A stretch of DNA of 63,154 nt, counting the filler, from Octopus bimaculoides (taxonomy: Eukaryota), in NCBI RefSeq assembly GCF_001194135.2. It is 6 parts of 5 records of this genome, joined end to end, with 100 filler letters (N's around TTAATTAATTAA, not from the genome) between each part and the next. Parts side by side here need not be neighbours in the genome. Positions count along the whole stretch, not along the records: positions 1 to 31,358 come from NC_069001.1; 5 more parts are not named here. One strand, given 5' to 3'. Position 1 is the stretch's first letter. The number at the start of each line of letters is the position of its first letter. A program made the translations under genes and the position numbers. Positions 12,340 to 23,215 of the stretch are shown in pieces. The notes beneath the pieces were generated by a model. The model saw only the letters and a program-made list of their open reading frames with translations. It was not told where the DNA came from and made no database searches.

Positions 12340-12880
12340 TGAGAAACAGATGCGTAACAGGAGCAACAGATATGTAACAGGAGCAACAGATGTGTAACAG
12401 GAGCAACAGATGTGTAACAGGAGCAACAGATGTGTAACAGGAGCAACAGATGTGTGTCAGGAGCAACAGATGTGTGGCATGGGTAAAAATGCTGGTATAT
12501 GACAAAGAAATGTGTGACATGATTAACAGATGTGTGACACGAACAAGCAGAAGTGTGACATGTGAAGCAACTCATTGCCATAAGAAACAGATGTGTGACA
12601 TGAACAGTAGGTGAGTGACATGAATAACAGATGTGTAACATGGGTAATGAACTTTGTTACATGACAAAGAGATGTGTAACAGGATCAGAAGAGGTGTGAC
12701 ATGAAAATCAGATGCGGGACATGGGTAAAAACTTTGTGACCTGAAAAACAGATGTATGACATGAACTGTAAACGAGTGACATGAACAATAGATGTGTAAC
12801 ATGGGTGACACTCTGTGACATGAGAAACAGATGGAGAATAGGAACAGATATAGGAAGTAAAAAACAAACATGTAACATAA
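12340..12880. repeat. 20-bp minisatellite (CAGATGTGTAACAGGAGCAA) grading into degenerate copies
   Basis: About six near-perfect units 12345-12478, then diverged gatgtgtgacatg units. Confidence 0.9.
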
Positions 12881-13399
12881 ACATGGCAGTGCCCCAGCAT
12901 GACCACTGTCCAATGATTAAAACAAGTAAAAGATAAAACAATATATAAATGACAACTGAGCAGTAGATATTGTATCATGAGCTAAGGGGGGGGGGTGATG
13001 GCCAGGGTGAGTGACGCGAGAGGCAACTATGTGGTATGACAAACAGTCAAGTAACAAATGCGAGACACAAGCAAAAGATATGAGACTTCAAAAATAAACA
13101 TAACATAAATAAAACAGATGTGTGAAATAATTAATAGATAATTTACAGATAATTTACTGATAATTAACACAAACAATTTCAGCAGTGAAATTAAAATGAA
13201 ATTTTATTTCATTTCTTTTTTGTTATTTATAAACCTAATTCTATTTTCATGGGTCTTATTGTTAGATATATTTGAATATGAAATTACTTTTCTCTTTCTT
13301 CGTTTATCATAATTATTTATTAATTGCTCTGCTAAACACACAATGCTTTAATTACTTTTACTAAAATAACTGAGGTACCTCACAAACTAAACTAATTGC

Positions 13400-14283
13400 G
13401 AAAAAGAATTGACAAGAATGTAAGCTCAGAATAAGTCCAGTGCAAGACCGGACCAAACTCAGAATAAACTCAGTATAAGCAGAGTCTAATGCTTATTACA
13501 AGCCCAAGGTAATCTCATGCTAATCTCAGTTTAAACTCAATGTAAGCTCAGTGTAAAATGAGTGTTGGATCAATATATACTCAATAATTAATAACTCAGT
13601 CTATTTTCAAAGTAAACTCTGAGTAAGGTTAACATAAGCAATGTAACTCTGGTCAGTGTTCAATATATATTCAGCATAGATATAATTTATACTTAGTGTA
13701 AACTCAATCTGTACTCAATATCAGCTCAGCAGGGGTTATATGTATATGAAAGTTAATTCTGGGCAAAAGCACAGAATATGCTCAGTGGAAGATGAGTGTA
13801 AGCTCAGTGTATACCCAGTTTTTGCACCATGTAAGGCCAATCTAGGCTTAATAGAAATTCATAAGTTCAGGATAAGCTCAGTATGTTCCCATTGTATTCT
13901 CATAGTAAACTCAAAGGAAGCTCATAGCAATATAAATGTAAGTTCAATGTACATTCAATGATTCTTCAGTGTAAGTTCCATGAAAACTCGCTTTAAGCTC
14001 AGTCTATTCTCAAAGTAAGCTGAAAATATGTTTGTTATAAACTCATGGTAAGCTCAGTTTAAATTCAGTAAAAGTTGTGCAAATATTCTGTATATGCTCA
14101 ATGAATCCTGAACAGACGTAGGAGTGGCTGTGTGGTATGTAGCTTGCTTACGAACCACATGGTTCCGGGTTCAGTCCCACTGTGTGGCACTTTGGGCAAG
14201 TGTCTTCTACTATAGCCTCGGGCTGACCAAAGCCTTGTCAGTGGATTTGGTAGATGGAAACTGAAAGAATCCCGTCGTATATA

Positions 14284-14318
<35 letters not shown>

Positions 14319-15320
14319 GTGTGTATATGTTTGTGTATCTGTGTTTGTCTCCCCAACATCGCTTGACAACCGATGCTGGTGTGTTTACATCCCCGTAACT
14401 TAGCAGTTCGGCAAAAGAAACCGATAGAATAAGTACTAGGCTTACAAAGAATGAGTCCTGGGGTCGATTCGCTCGACTATAAAGGCGGTGCTCCAGCATG
14501 GCCACAGTCAAATGACTGAAACAGGTAAACAGGTATATTTTCCTTGTTAGCTGAGAAGAAGCTCAGTGCAATACAAGTGTACACTCAGTGACTGCTCAGT
14601 GTTAGCCTGCATAAGCTCGGCCTGCTCTCAAAATAAGTTCAGTGCAAGCTCAGGGTAAAATCAAGGCAAGCAAAGTGAATGTTCAGTAAAAACTCATTTA
14701 ATTGTCAGTGTAAATTCTGAGAAAGCTCAATGTTAGATGAGTGTAAGCTCAGTATTTATTTAGTGTAATCTCATCTTATTCTCATAGTAGGTTCAGTGTA
14801 AGTTCACTTAATTCTCACTGTAATTTCATATCTAGCTCAGTTTAAGCTCAACATATATTCAATAAGTAATTGCTCAGACTATTCTCAAAGTAAACTCAGT
14901 GTAATCTCAATGTATGTTCCCTAATTGCTCAGTGTATATACTCAATGATTGATTGCTACTCTCAAAGTAAACTCAATCTAAACTCAGACTGAGCTTGAGC
15001 TAGGTTGAGTGTGTTATCAGCCTGTTACCAAAGTTCAGTGTAAGATCAACATGAGCTTCAAGTAAGCTCAGTGACTGTTCAGTGTAAGCTTAACTAATCC
15101 TCAGAATAAGCATCAGAGTATGCTCAGTGTAAAATGAGGGTAAGCTCAGCATATACTCAATGATTGACAGCTGAGTTCATTATCAAAGAAAACTTAGTGT
15201 AAGGTTAACATAAGCTCAATGCAACTGTGATCAATATTCAATCTGTGCTCTGCCTAAATATAATTTATATTTAGTGTTAATTCAATTTGTACTCAGTATC
15301 AGCTCAGTGGGGGGGGGCGT
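13400..15320. repeat. Cryptic satellite built on a ~10-bp TAAGCTCAGT motif, interrupted by a SINE
   Basis: Dozens of aagctca/aaactca variants on one strand; ~200-bp higher-order duplicate 13545-13740 vs 15125-15320. Confidence 0.8.
14115..14530 (+). mobile_element. Full-length SINE family A
   Basis: A-box, B-box, core and tail all present; >90% similar by eye to 11385-11801 and 18232-18634. Confidence 0.93.
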
Positions 15321-15755
15321 ATATACTGTGTGCAAATGGTCTCAGTAAGTTAAATGAATACTAGTTATACACCTTTACCCAATTTCTTACTGGTCCATGG
15401 AATCTTTACTATAAATAACTGGTGTTTATAAAGCGGTTGTATAAACATTATTTTGTCTATATAACCCCACCCCATTCCACGCATCACAGTTTATATAATT
15501 ATAATGTTCAGTATACACAGGCTCTTGTTTCTCTTCTCTCCTCCTAAAATACAATGTACATATGTACAGATATATAGATACAGGCATACAAGTATGTATG
15601 CATGTGTATGTATAGTAATATAGTATACGCGTGCATGTACACACACATATATACATATGTATGTAGTATATTAATCAGTTCTTGGTAAATCAACAGTAAT
15701 TAGCATGCACACAAGCATATACATATAATTATCACATGTATATATATATATGTAA

Positions 15756-15990
15756 AATTTCTAACTTCCGGTCAGCCATTACTTTGATTGACCGTTGACC
15801 GTTGACTGGACACTATTCAATTTTTTTTCTCCGTGTTTTTCTCCTTGTCTCCGTAATCTTTCTGTTGAAGAGCGTAGCTCGAAACGTCAAAGACTTTCCG
15901 TATTCCCAAGCATCATACTAATACATCCTTTTGTTATTTACACCACCTGTCCTCGTCTGTTGTTGTTTTTTCATATATTCTCCCATATAT
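15756..15990 (+). mobile_element. Penelope-like element terminal (pLTR-type) fragment
   Basis: Near-identical to 31490-31742 and 60797-61015; carries a hammerhead-like motif and ends in (AT)n. Assignment to PLEs rests on the known association of minimal hammerheads with PLE termini. Confidence 0.7.
15857..15893 (+). ncRNA. Minimal type-I hammerhead ribozyme-like motif (core variant CUGUUGA)
   Basis: TCTTT-CTGTTGA-A-GAGC gta GCTC-GAAA-CG-TC-AAAGA: stem I 5 bp, stem II 4 bp, palindromic ACGT stem III, GUC site. Confidence 0.6.
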
Positions 15991-16475
15991 NNNNNNNNNN
16001 NNNNNNNNNNNNNNNNNNNNNNNNNNNNNNNNNNNNNNNNNNNNNNNNNNNNNNNNNNNNNNNNNNNNNNNNNNNNNNNNNNNNNNNNNNNNNNNNNNNN
16101 NNNNNNNNNNNNNNNNNNNNNNNNNNNNNNNNNNNNNNNNNNNNNNNNNNNNNNNNNNNNNNNNNNNNNNNNNNNNNNNNNNNNNNNNNNNNNNNNNNNN
16201 NNNNNNNNNNNNNNNNNNNNNNNNNNNNNNNNNNNNNNNNNNNNNNNNNNNNNNNNNNNNNNNNNNNNNNNNNNNNNNNNNNNNNNNNNNNNNNNNNNNN
16301 NNNNNNNNNNNNNNNNNNNNNNNNNNNNNNNNNNNNNNNNNNNNNNNNNNNNNNNNNNNNNNNNNNNNNNNNNNNNNNNNNNNNNNNNNNNNNNNNNNNN
16401 NNNNNNNNNNNNNNNNNNNNNNNNNNNNNNNNNNNNNNNNNNNNNNNNNNNNNNNNNNNNNNNNNNNNNNNNNNN

Positions 16476-16509
<34 letters not shown>

Positions 16510-16515
<6 letters not shown>

Positions 16516-16690
16516 TATATGGGAACAGGATATCACCAACAGTAAACAACATGAAATACAAAAACAAATTAGTTCAATATGCAAACAACAAGAGAAAAAA
16601 ATGGAAAACAGGACAAGTAACAAAAAAAACGACCCTTCATCAGTTGTTGGCTGTCTATCTACTCCTCATTTCGAGCAGACACCTGACAAC
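16510..16690 (-). mobile_element. Second Penelope-like terminal fragment
   Basis: gctcgaaat..agtaga..acagccaacaactgatgaagggtc, also seen at 60540-60600 (+); ends in (AT)n. Confidence 0.55.
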
Positions 16691-17429
16691 TACATTGAGC
16701 TTATGTTAATCTTACACTAAGTTTTCTTTGATAATGAACTCAGTTGTAAGCTACCAGGTGTAAACCATTCGTTTTATTATCCATTATATTTATAAATATA
16801 TATATATAAACACACACATATATATGTATGTATAGATATTTATATCTATACATACATATATATACATATATATACACACACACATACTTATATACATACA
16901 TAAATTTGCTTATATATGTGTGTGTTTGTGTGTGTCACAATGATGATGACAATGAAACACACAGACACACACATATAATTTTGTATGCATGTATGTATGT
17001 ATGTTTGTATGTATAAAAATTACAGAATGGAAGAATCATTTTAGCCATGTAGAATCACACAAAAACTAGGGTTATTAGTGATGTACTTTTAATTAGCTAA
17101 AATAGCTCATCCTTCATTTCCCCAAACCTTCCCAATCATTGTGTTACCTACACAAAATGTAGACTCTCAACACTCCACACATCAAACCCATACTAATTCT
17201 ATGAACAGCGACATCAAAGGCACCTTGCAGTAGAGGCACACCAATATTGTGTCTTTTAATAGCAAGAAAACACAAACAATACTCGTATGAAGAAACATCC
17301 CCTTACATGCAACTAGAGCCCTCAAAATTGCTCTGCGTCAAATGTTGAGGGTGAGGAATCATTATCAGCAAGGATCTCTTCTGGTTAAACCACATCATCA
17401 ACATTACTTGTATTGCAACAGTGTTAGTA

Positions 17430-17590
17430 CACCAGGTACATATTCCCCTCTCAGATTCACACATTTATTGCAGTTATCCTTCAGTTTTTCTATGCCCTGT
17501 AAAAGAACTCAGGAGGTTGGCCCTCCAGCCCCAGCCTTTATCGGTACCCTTAAAGCCAGAAACTTCTCAACACCCCCTTGAATTTATAAT
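17430..17590. mobile_element. Mariner-derived MITE fragment
   Basis: Homologous to 22381-22601 and 22875-23050; antisense strand resembles the mariner transposase C-terminus. Confidence 0.7.
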
Positions 17591-17769
17591 GGGCCTCTTT
17601 CAGATTCCATCAACCAAATCTATTCACAAGGCATTGGTTAGCCTGAAGCTGTAGTAGAACACATTTGCCCAAGGTGCCACACAGTGGGGTTGAACCCAAG
17701 ACAACATGGCTGAGAAGGAAGTTTCTTAATCCCACAACCTGGTTGGCCCTTGTAGAATATGTGTTGACA

Positions 17770-18005
17770 GGGGAAATGATACTCTTTTGATACCAGCCTG
17801 CTTGAGACTACCTTTTGTTCCATGATATAAGTTCTTATTTTTAAGTGATTTAAATTAAACCTTCCCATTAAAATTTCATGTTAATTTATATTACAAATAC
17901 CAGCTTAATAATGGCAAGTTTATTTTAATATATTCTCCATAATTTTCAAAATTAATTGAAACAAAGGCAGTGCATTTCAATAGAAATATGGTAAGAAAAG
18001 GATTA
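17770..18005. mobile_element. AT-rich MITE-like repeat (piggyBac-like, TTAA-type end)
   Basis: Homologous to 20300-20560 and 18640-18730; this copy ends ...ggtaagaaaaggattaa. Confidence 0.55.
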
Positions 18006-18231
18006 AAGAGATCTACATCAAAGCCTTCCATTAAAATTTAATGTGTTTTTTTTTTAATGCTTACCATACCTAGGTTTCCCAAGCAGTCACTCATCAAAAC
18101 ACTCACTAAGCTTGATGTTGCTTAACTTTGGTGATTGGACAAGAACCAGTGCATTCAGCATGATATGGCTGTAAGCTTAAAATTTAATGTTAATTTATGT
18201 TCAGATCATCAGCTCTCTCTCTCTCTCTCTT

Positions 18232-18634
18232 TATTCTCTTTTACTTGTTTCAGTTATTTCACTGCGGCCATGCTGGAGCATCACTTTTAGTCAAACAAAT
18301 TGACCCCAGAACTTATTCTTTGGAAGCCTAGTACTTATTCTATCGGTCACTTTTGCCAAACCGCTAAGTTACGGGGACGTAGACACACCACCATCGGTTG
18401 TCAAGTGATGTTGGGGGGACAAACACAGACACACAAACATATACACACACATACATATATATACATACATATATACGACGGGCCTCTTTCAGTTTCCGTC
18501 TACCAAATCCACTCACAAGGCTTTGGTCGGCCCGAGGCTATAGTAGAAGACACTTGCCCAAGGTGCCATGCAGTGGGACTGAACCCAGAACCATGTGGTT
18601 GGTAAGCAAGCTACTTACCACACAGCCACTCCTG
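18232..18634 (-). mobile_element. Full-length SINE family A
   Basis: Same diagnostic head, core and tail as 11385-11801. Confidence 0.93.
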
Positions 18635-18700
18635 TGTTGGCTGTATAAATGACAAAGTTATTTTAATAAATTCTTCATTATTTTCAAAATTAATTAAAAT

Positions 18701-18903
18701 ATAGGGAGTGAATTTTAACAGAAATGGTTAATTCTACCATCCAAGAACAGGAACAGTTCCTTGGCATGATTCCTATATAGTTAATAGTTACCCTCTACCA
18801 AATTCCATTCACATGGATGGTAACTATGTGGAAATCATGCCAAGGAACTGCTCCTGTTCTTGGATGGTAGAATTAACCATATCTGTTAAAATACACTGCC
18901 TAT
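18701..18903. repeat. Long near-perfect inverted repeat (foldback)
   Basis: Arms attttaacagaaatggttaattctaccatccaagaacaggaacagttccttggcatgatt and aatcatgccaaggaactgctcctgttcttggatggtagaattaaccatatctgttaaaat. Confidence 0.92.
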
Positions 18904-19175
18904 GTTAACCCAACATAGCTAGGACAGTAGCCCAACTATTGGCCCTTCTCTTCACAGCTGTAATATTATCTTTAGTTTCAGACTAGCTTTGATCAAGCAG
19001 AGCTTGAATGAAAGCCATTCCTGTCACGCCCATCCTGTGTCAGCATCTACAGACTTTGTCCATGTTGAGTCATGAAATGTAAATTACTGTTACATCATCT
19101 CAAGAAGTCACAATTTTTATTCACTCACATCACACCATGTCATAAGATGTGGCAGTTATATGATGCCATCCTACT

Positions 19176-19421
19176 TTATGAGAGTTCAAAGACCTGATCT
19201 GAAAGTTGAACCAGAAGCAGTAGAGGCAGCAGCAACTGTGACAAATGTTTATTTAATCTTACCTTTAACTCATTGGAGAACAGATTCAACCATTTCTGAT
19301 GGAAGGCAACATTGACATACACTGTAAACCCTTTGTAACAACCAGCAGCTGAAGCAAACCCGACTAGCACCTGCTGACTGTTTTTGTTTTTCAAACAGAT
19401 TAGTGGACTGCCCATAGGCTC
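19176..19421 (-). CDS. Trypsin-fold (S1A) serine-protease homolog, C-terminal exon (may end at internal donor 19263)
   Basis: Acceptor tctattcattccag|GAG, phase 0. Encodes EPMGSPLICLKNKNSQQVLVGFASAAGCYKGFTVYVNVAFHQKWL, which aligns to GDSGGPLVC...LVG..S.G.GC...P.VY..V.....WI. Stop at 19176, AATAAA at 19121-19116. Confidence 0.88.
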   Translation of the reverse strand, partial: EPMGSPLICLKNKNSQQVLVGFASAAGCYKGFTVYVNVAFHQKWLNLFSNELKVRLNKHLSQLLLPLLLLVQLSDQVFELS

Positions 19422-19754
19422 CTGGAATGAATAGAAAACATTGACAATATAATTCATTTCATTCAATAAAGACAGGATTAATACATCATTGTTTAAGGGA
19501 GATATATCTTAACTAAACAGCTAACTTGTGCATTATGAAAGCATTCTAGCTTGTAGGTTATTTCGAATGACAGTATAAAGTTATATAATTGCCTCTGAGA
19601 AAGCTTGATTTTAATAAAAAGAAAACAAGATTTAGAAACAGGAAGTTTAATCATGGCCATGATTGCCAGATTGGTCTAGAGGTAACTGATTACACTACTT
19701 CTTACCACTCCTTAGTTAGCTTGCTACTATTTTTTTTTAAATTTAAAATAATAA

Positions 19755-20006
19755 TAAATCTGCCCTTTTAAAGCCTAGCCAGGCTCATGGGCCCGGTTTC
19801 CCGGTTTCAATGGTGTATGTGTTCCCCAGCTGGATGGGATGCCAGCCCATCACAGCGTTACTCATTTTTGCCAGCTGAGTGGACTGGAGCAACATGAAAT
19901 GAAGTGTTTTGCTCAAGAACACAATGTGTCGCCCAGTCCAGGAATCGAAACCACAATCTTACGATCATAATGCTGACGCCCTAACCACTAAACCACGCGC
20001 CTCCAC
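19755..20006 (-). mobile_element. tRNA-derived SINE family E
   Basis: Minus-strand head gtggaggcgcgtggtttagtggttaggg...gtttcgattcctggac with A/B boxes. Confidence 0.85.
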
Positions 20007-20299
20007 TTTTTTAATTTAGGCTACTTGTAAATAAAAATTTTGATTTTTAATGATAAGAATCATTACTTATTACTAAGTTATCAACTAAGTAAATTAGAAC
20101 TGATCTACAAATAATCCATATATCCATTAATTTTAGCCTGTTTTTCCATGCTGGCCTGGATTAGAAAACAATATTATTGAGGTTTTGTTTGATAGTCAGA
20201 TACCTTTCCTATTAGTAACTCTTAATTGTTTTCAAGTAAGGAATCTCTTATTCTACACATCTTCAAATGTGCAAAGCCAGCAGAAGAACTGTTGATAAG

Positions 20300-20560
20300 G
20301 GAAATGATACCCTTTTGATACCAGTCTGCTAGAGACTAAACCCTCATTCTACAACCCAAACTTCCTATTTTAAAGTGATCTAAATTAAAACCTCTCAGCA
20401 AAGTTTCATGTTAATTTATTGCCCAAACACCATCTTAACAATGACAGATATTCTAATAAATTCCCAGATGGTGATAAACATTACTTCTCAATAAATTCTT
20501 CATTATTTCCAAAATTAATTGAAATAAAAGCAGTGTATTTCAACAGAGATATAATAACAA
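20300..20560. mobile_element. AT-rich MITE-like repeat (second copy)
   Basis: Homologous to 17770-18005. Confidence 0.55.
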
Positions 20561-20769
20561 AAGACTCAAGTCTACTATCCAAGAAAAGGAATGGTCCATT
20601 AGCATGGCTTCCTCATAGTTCCAATCAAGCAAATTCCACTCACTCAACTCAACCAAAGAAGATATTTGCTGAATATGATACATAATGGAACCAAACTGAA
20701 AACCATGTTGTTATGGAGCAATCTTCTAAACCACACACTAATATTAATTACAATTAATATTGGTGCCAA

Positions 20770-20975
20770 ATTTTGGCACAAGGGCAGCAATTTTGGGGTA
20801 GGAGTTAAGTTAATTACATCAACCCCTGTATTCAATTGGTACTTATTTTATTAACCCTAAAACAATGAAAGGCAAAGTCGACCTTGGTGGGATTTGAACT
20901 CAGCACCTAAAGATGGATGAAATGCCATTAAGCATTTTACCCAGCATGCTACTGATTCTGCCAGCTCTCCATCTT
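20770..20975 (-). mobile_element. Decayed SINE family B
   Basis: ggcaaagtcgaccttggtgggatttgaactcag...ctgattctgccagctc. Confidence 0.8.
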
Positions 20976-21013
20976 ATCATTACAGTTAAAGTTGAAACAC
21001 AAAAATCCCTTAC

Positions 21014-21144
21014 CTTGCATGAGTTTGGAGAGTCTGTGGCCCAAAATTCTTCACATAGTCTTTGGTCTTTTCCAACAAACTCAAAACACTTGTTTTTTAG
21101 AAGTGATGTCTGTTTTGGAATAAGTTCTTTGGAGGTCTCTTTCA
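21014..21144 (-). CDS. Trypsin-fold serine-protease homolog, internal exon
   Basis: catgtttcag|TG...TGCAAG|gtaagg, 131 bp, phase 1 to 0. Encodes (V)KETSKELIPKQTSLLKNKCFEFVGKDQRLCEEFWATDSPNSCK with Cys168/182/191 equivalents; joins both neighbouring exons in frame. Confidence 0.85.
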
Positions 21145-21989
21145 CTGAAACATGATGGTAAAGATACATTTCCAGCATAGGAACAAGGACTCCCCAACTA
21201 CATCCCCCTCCAACTTCATTTGTATCCATCTGCCACCCTCTTTTGATATTCTCATAAACCCATTAACCCATTCACCGTGTCCATTCCTCTCTACCACTTC
21301 TTTTATATTCATCTTCCAGCAACCTTAGCCACCATCTTCTCTTCTGAGGTAGCCACACATCTCTTCTACAGCAAGACACCTGTTCCTGTCCCTCTATCAT
21401 ACTTTGACTTCTCGTCACATGGTACAAAGCCAACTCCCTCAAAACTACTGCCCACAAAGTTTAGGGGTCTTGTGAATTATTTGGTGCCAGAACCACCTAA
21501 AAGCACGCAGGACATTCTGTAAAGTAGTTGGCATTAGGAAGCCTGGCACAGTTCTCTGGTTTATTAGGTTTTTTTTAAGCATCCAACTCACGCCAGCACA
21601 GAAAATCAATATTAGATGGTGGTGATGGTGCTGGTGGTGGAGGTGGCAGTAGCAGTGGTGATCATGATGAGGAGAAGGAGGGGGAAATGATGATACTTGA
21701 TTTTATTGACCCTGGAAAGAATGAAAAACAAGGCTAATCCCAGCAAGATTTGAATTGGGAATGTAAAGGGACATAATAAAAATACCACATAGCATGTTAT
21801 TCATTTTAGCCAACTGACAGAATTTGTTGACGTAGATATTCTACAGATGGATACCCTTCTTACCACAAATCCTCACTTGTTTCCATGCAAGTTCATATTT
21901 TGCCATAGTTGTTTGTTTCCGAAAGACTGGAAACAAACGACCCTGCTTGTATAACAATGCTGCTCATTTACAACCATCATGTAAGGTCT

Positions 21990-22245
21990 GGGCAAGTATT
22001 TCTCAACCATTTTTTACTTATGGGTCCCTTTGATTCCTATTTTACTCAGATAGACTCTCCCAGTCTTTGATATTTAAACAATCCCGTTATATTTCTATTA
22101 TTAAACATTATTAGGAATTGTATAAAAAAAAACATTGTTAAAATATTTCGTGTATTGTAGAAGTATAACCAATTTATTGCAGATAAATTCTAACAATGAA
22201 ATCATATATGGACCCTCAAGGGCCATATGAACCCTGGTCTAGACA
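21990..22245. mobile_element. hAT-like MITE
   Basis: Decayed cagt..ttctcaacc end and atggaccc..agggccatatgaacc; related ends at 30674-30720 and 54400-54475 (ggttgagaaccactg). Confidence 0.55.
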
Positions 22246-22380
22246 AAAGTACACACACACACACATGCACGCATGCACACACACACACATAAAACACACA
22301 AAACAAACACACACATGTGCATGCATACTCACACTCAACACACAACATACACACACAAAACCCCAAAACACACACACACA

Positions 22381-22601
22381 TATGAGGAAGTGCTGAAAAA
22401 TTCGTAGCATTGAGTAAAAGAAAATACAAGAGGATCAGTTAATTATGATTTTATTCAATATATTCTTCTCTCAGATTCACACACTTACTGCATCGGTCCT
22501 TCAGTCTCTCTAAGCCCTATAAAAGAAGTCGGAAGGTTGGCCCTTCAACCAAGCCTTTCACAATACCTTTAAAGCCGGTAACTTTTCAGCACATCTTCGT
22601 A
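22381..22601. mobile_element. Mariner-derived MITE with TIRs and TA ends
   Basis: TAtgaggaagtgctgaaaa ... ttttcagcacatcttcgTA; minus strand reads GLERLKDRCSKCVNLREEYIE*, the mariner transposase C-terminus. Confidence 0.85.
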
Positions 22602-22609
22602 CGTATACA

Positions 22610-22668
22610 TATCTATATAATATAATATAATATAATATAATATAATATAATATAATATATATATTATA

Positions 22669-22700
<32 letters not shown>

Positions 22701-22730
22701 TAATATAATATATATATAATATGATATAAT

Positions 22731-22780
<50 letters not shown>

Positions 22781-22824
22781 ANNNNNNNNNNTATTAATAT
22801 AATATATATATAATATGATATAAT

Positions 22825-22870
<46 letters not shown>
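22610..22870. repeat. (ATATA)n/(AT)n microsatellite
   Basis: Direct observation. Confidence 0.95.
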
Positions 22871-22874
<4 letters not shown>

Positions 22875-23215
22875 AGGAGATGCTAAAAAGTTCTTGGCTT
22901 TGGATAAAACATATCCCCCTCTCAGATTCACGCATTTATTGCAGTTGTCCTTCAGTTTTTCTAAGCCCTGTAAAAGAACTCAGGAGGTTGGCCCTCCAAC
23001 CCCGGCCTTTCACAGTACCCTTAAAGCCAGGAACTTCTCAACACCCTCTTGAATTTATAATGGGCTTCTTTCAGAGTCCATCAACCAAATCTATTCACAA
23101 GGCATTGGTCAGTCTGAAGCTGTAGTAGAATACATTTGCCCAAGGTGCCACACGGTGGGGCTGAATCCAAGACCACATTGCTGAGAAGGAAGCTTCTTAA
23201 TCCCACAACCATGAT
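22875..23215. mobile_element. Mariner MITE fragment plus SINE A fragment composite
   Basis: Paralogous to 17430-17740. Confidence 0.75.

Noticed and set aside
12340-12480. Regular 20-bp repeats resembling a CRISPR array (also 52557-52775)
   Set aside because: Contiguous units with no unique spacers, in a eukaryotic context.
16630-16675. CTGATGA core in the second PLE-like family
   Set aside because: No stem II-GAAA follows, and the upstream GAAA lacks a stem III partner; at best a hammerhead remnant.
22675-22875. Apparent ~90-bp tandem duplication around a 10-N gap
   Set aside because: The same sequence on both sides of a tiny gap is the pattern of an unmerged contig overlap.
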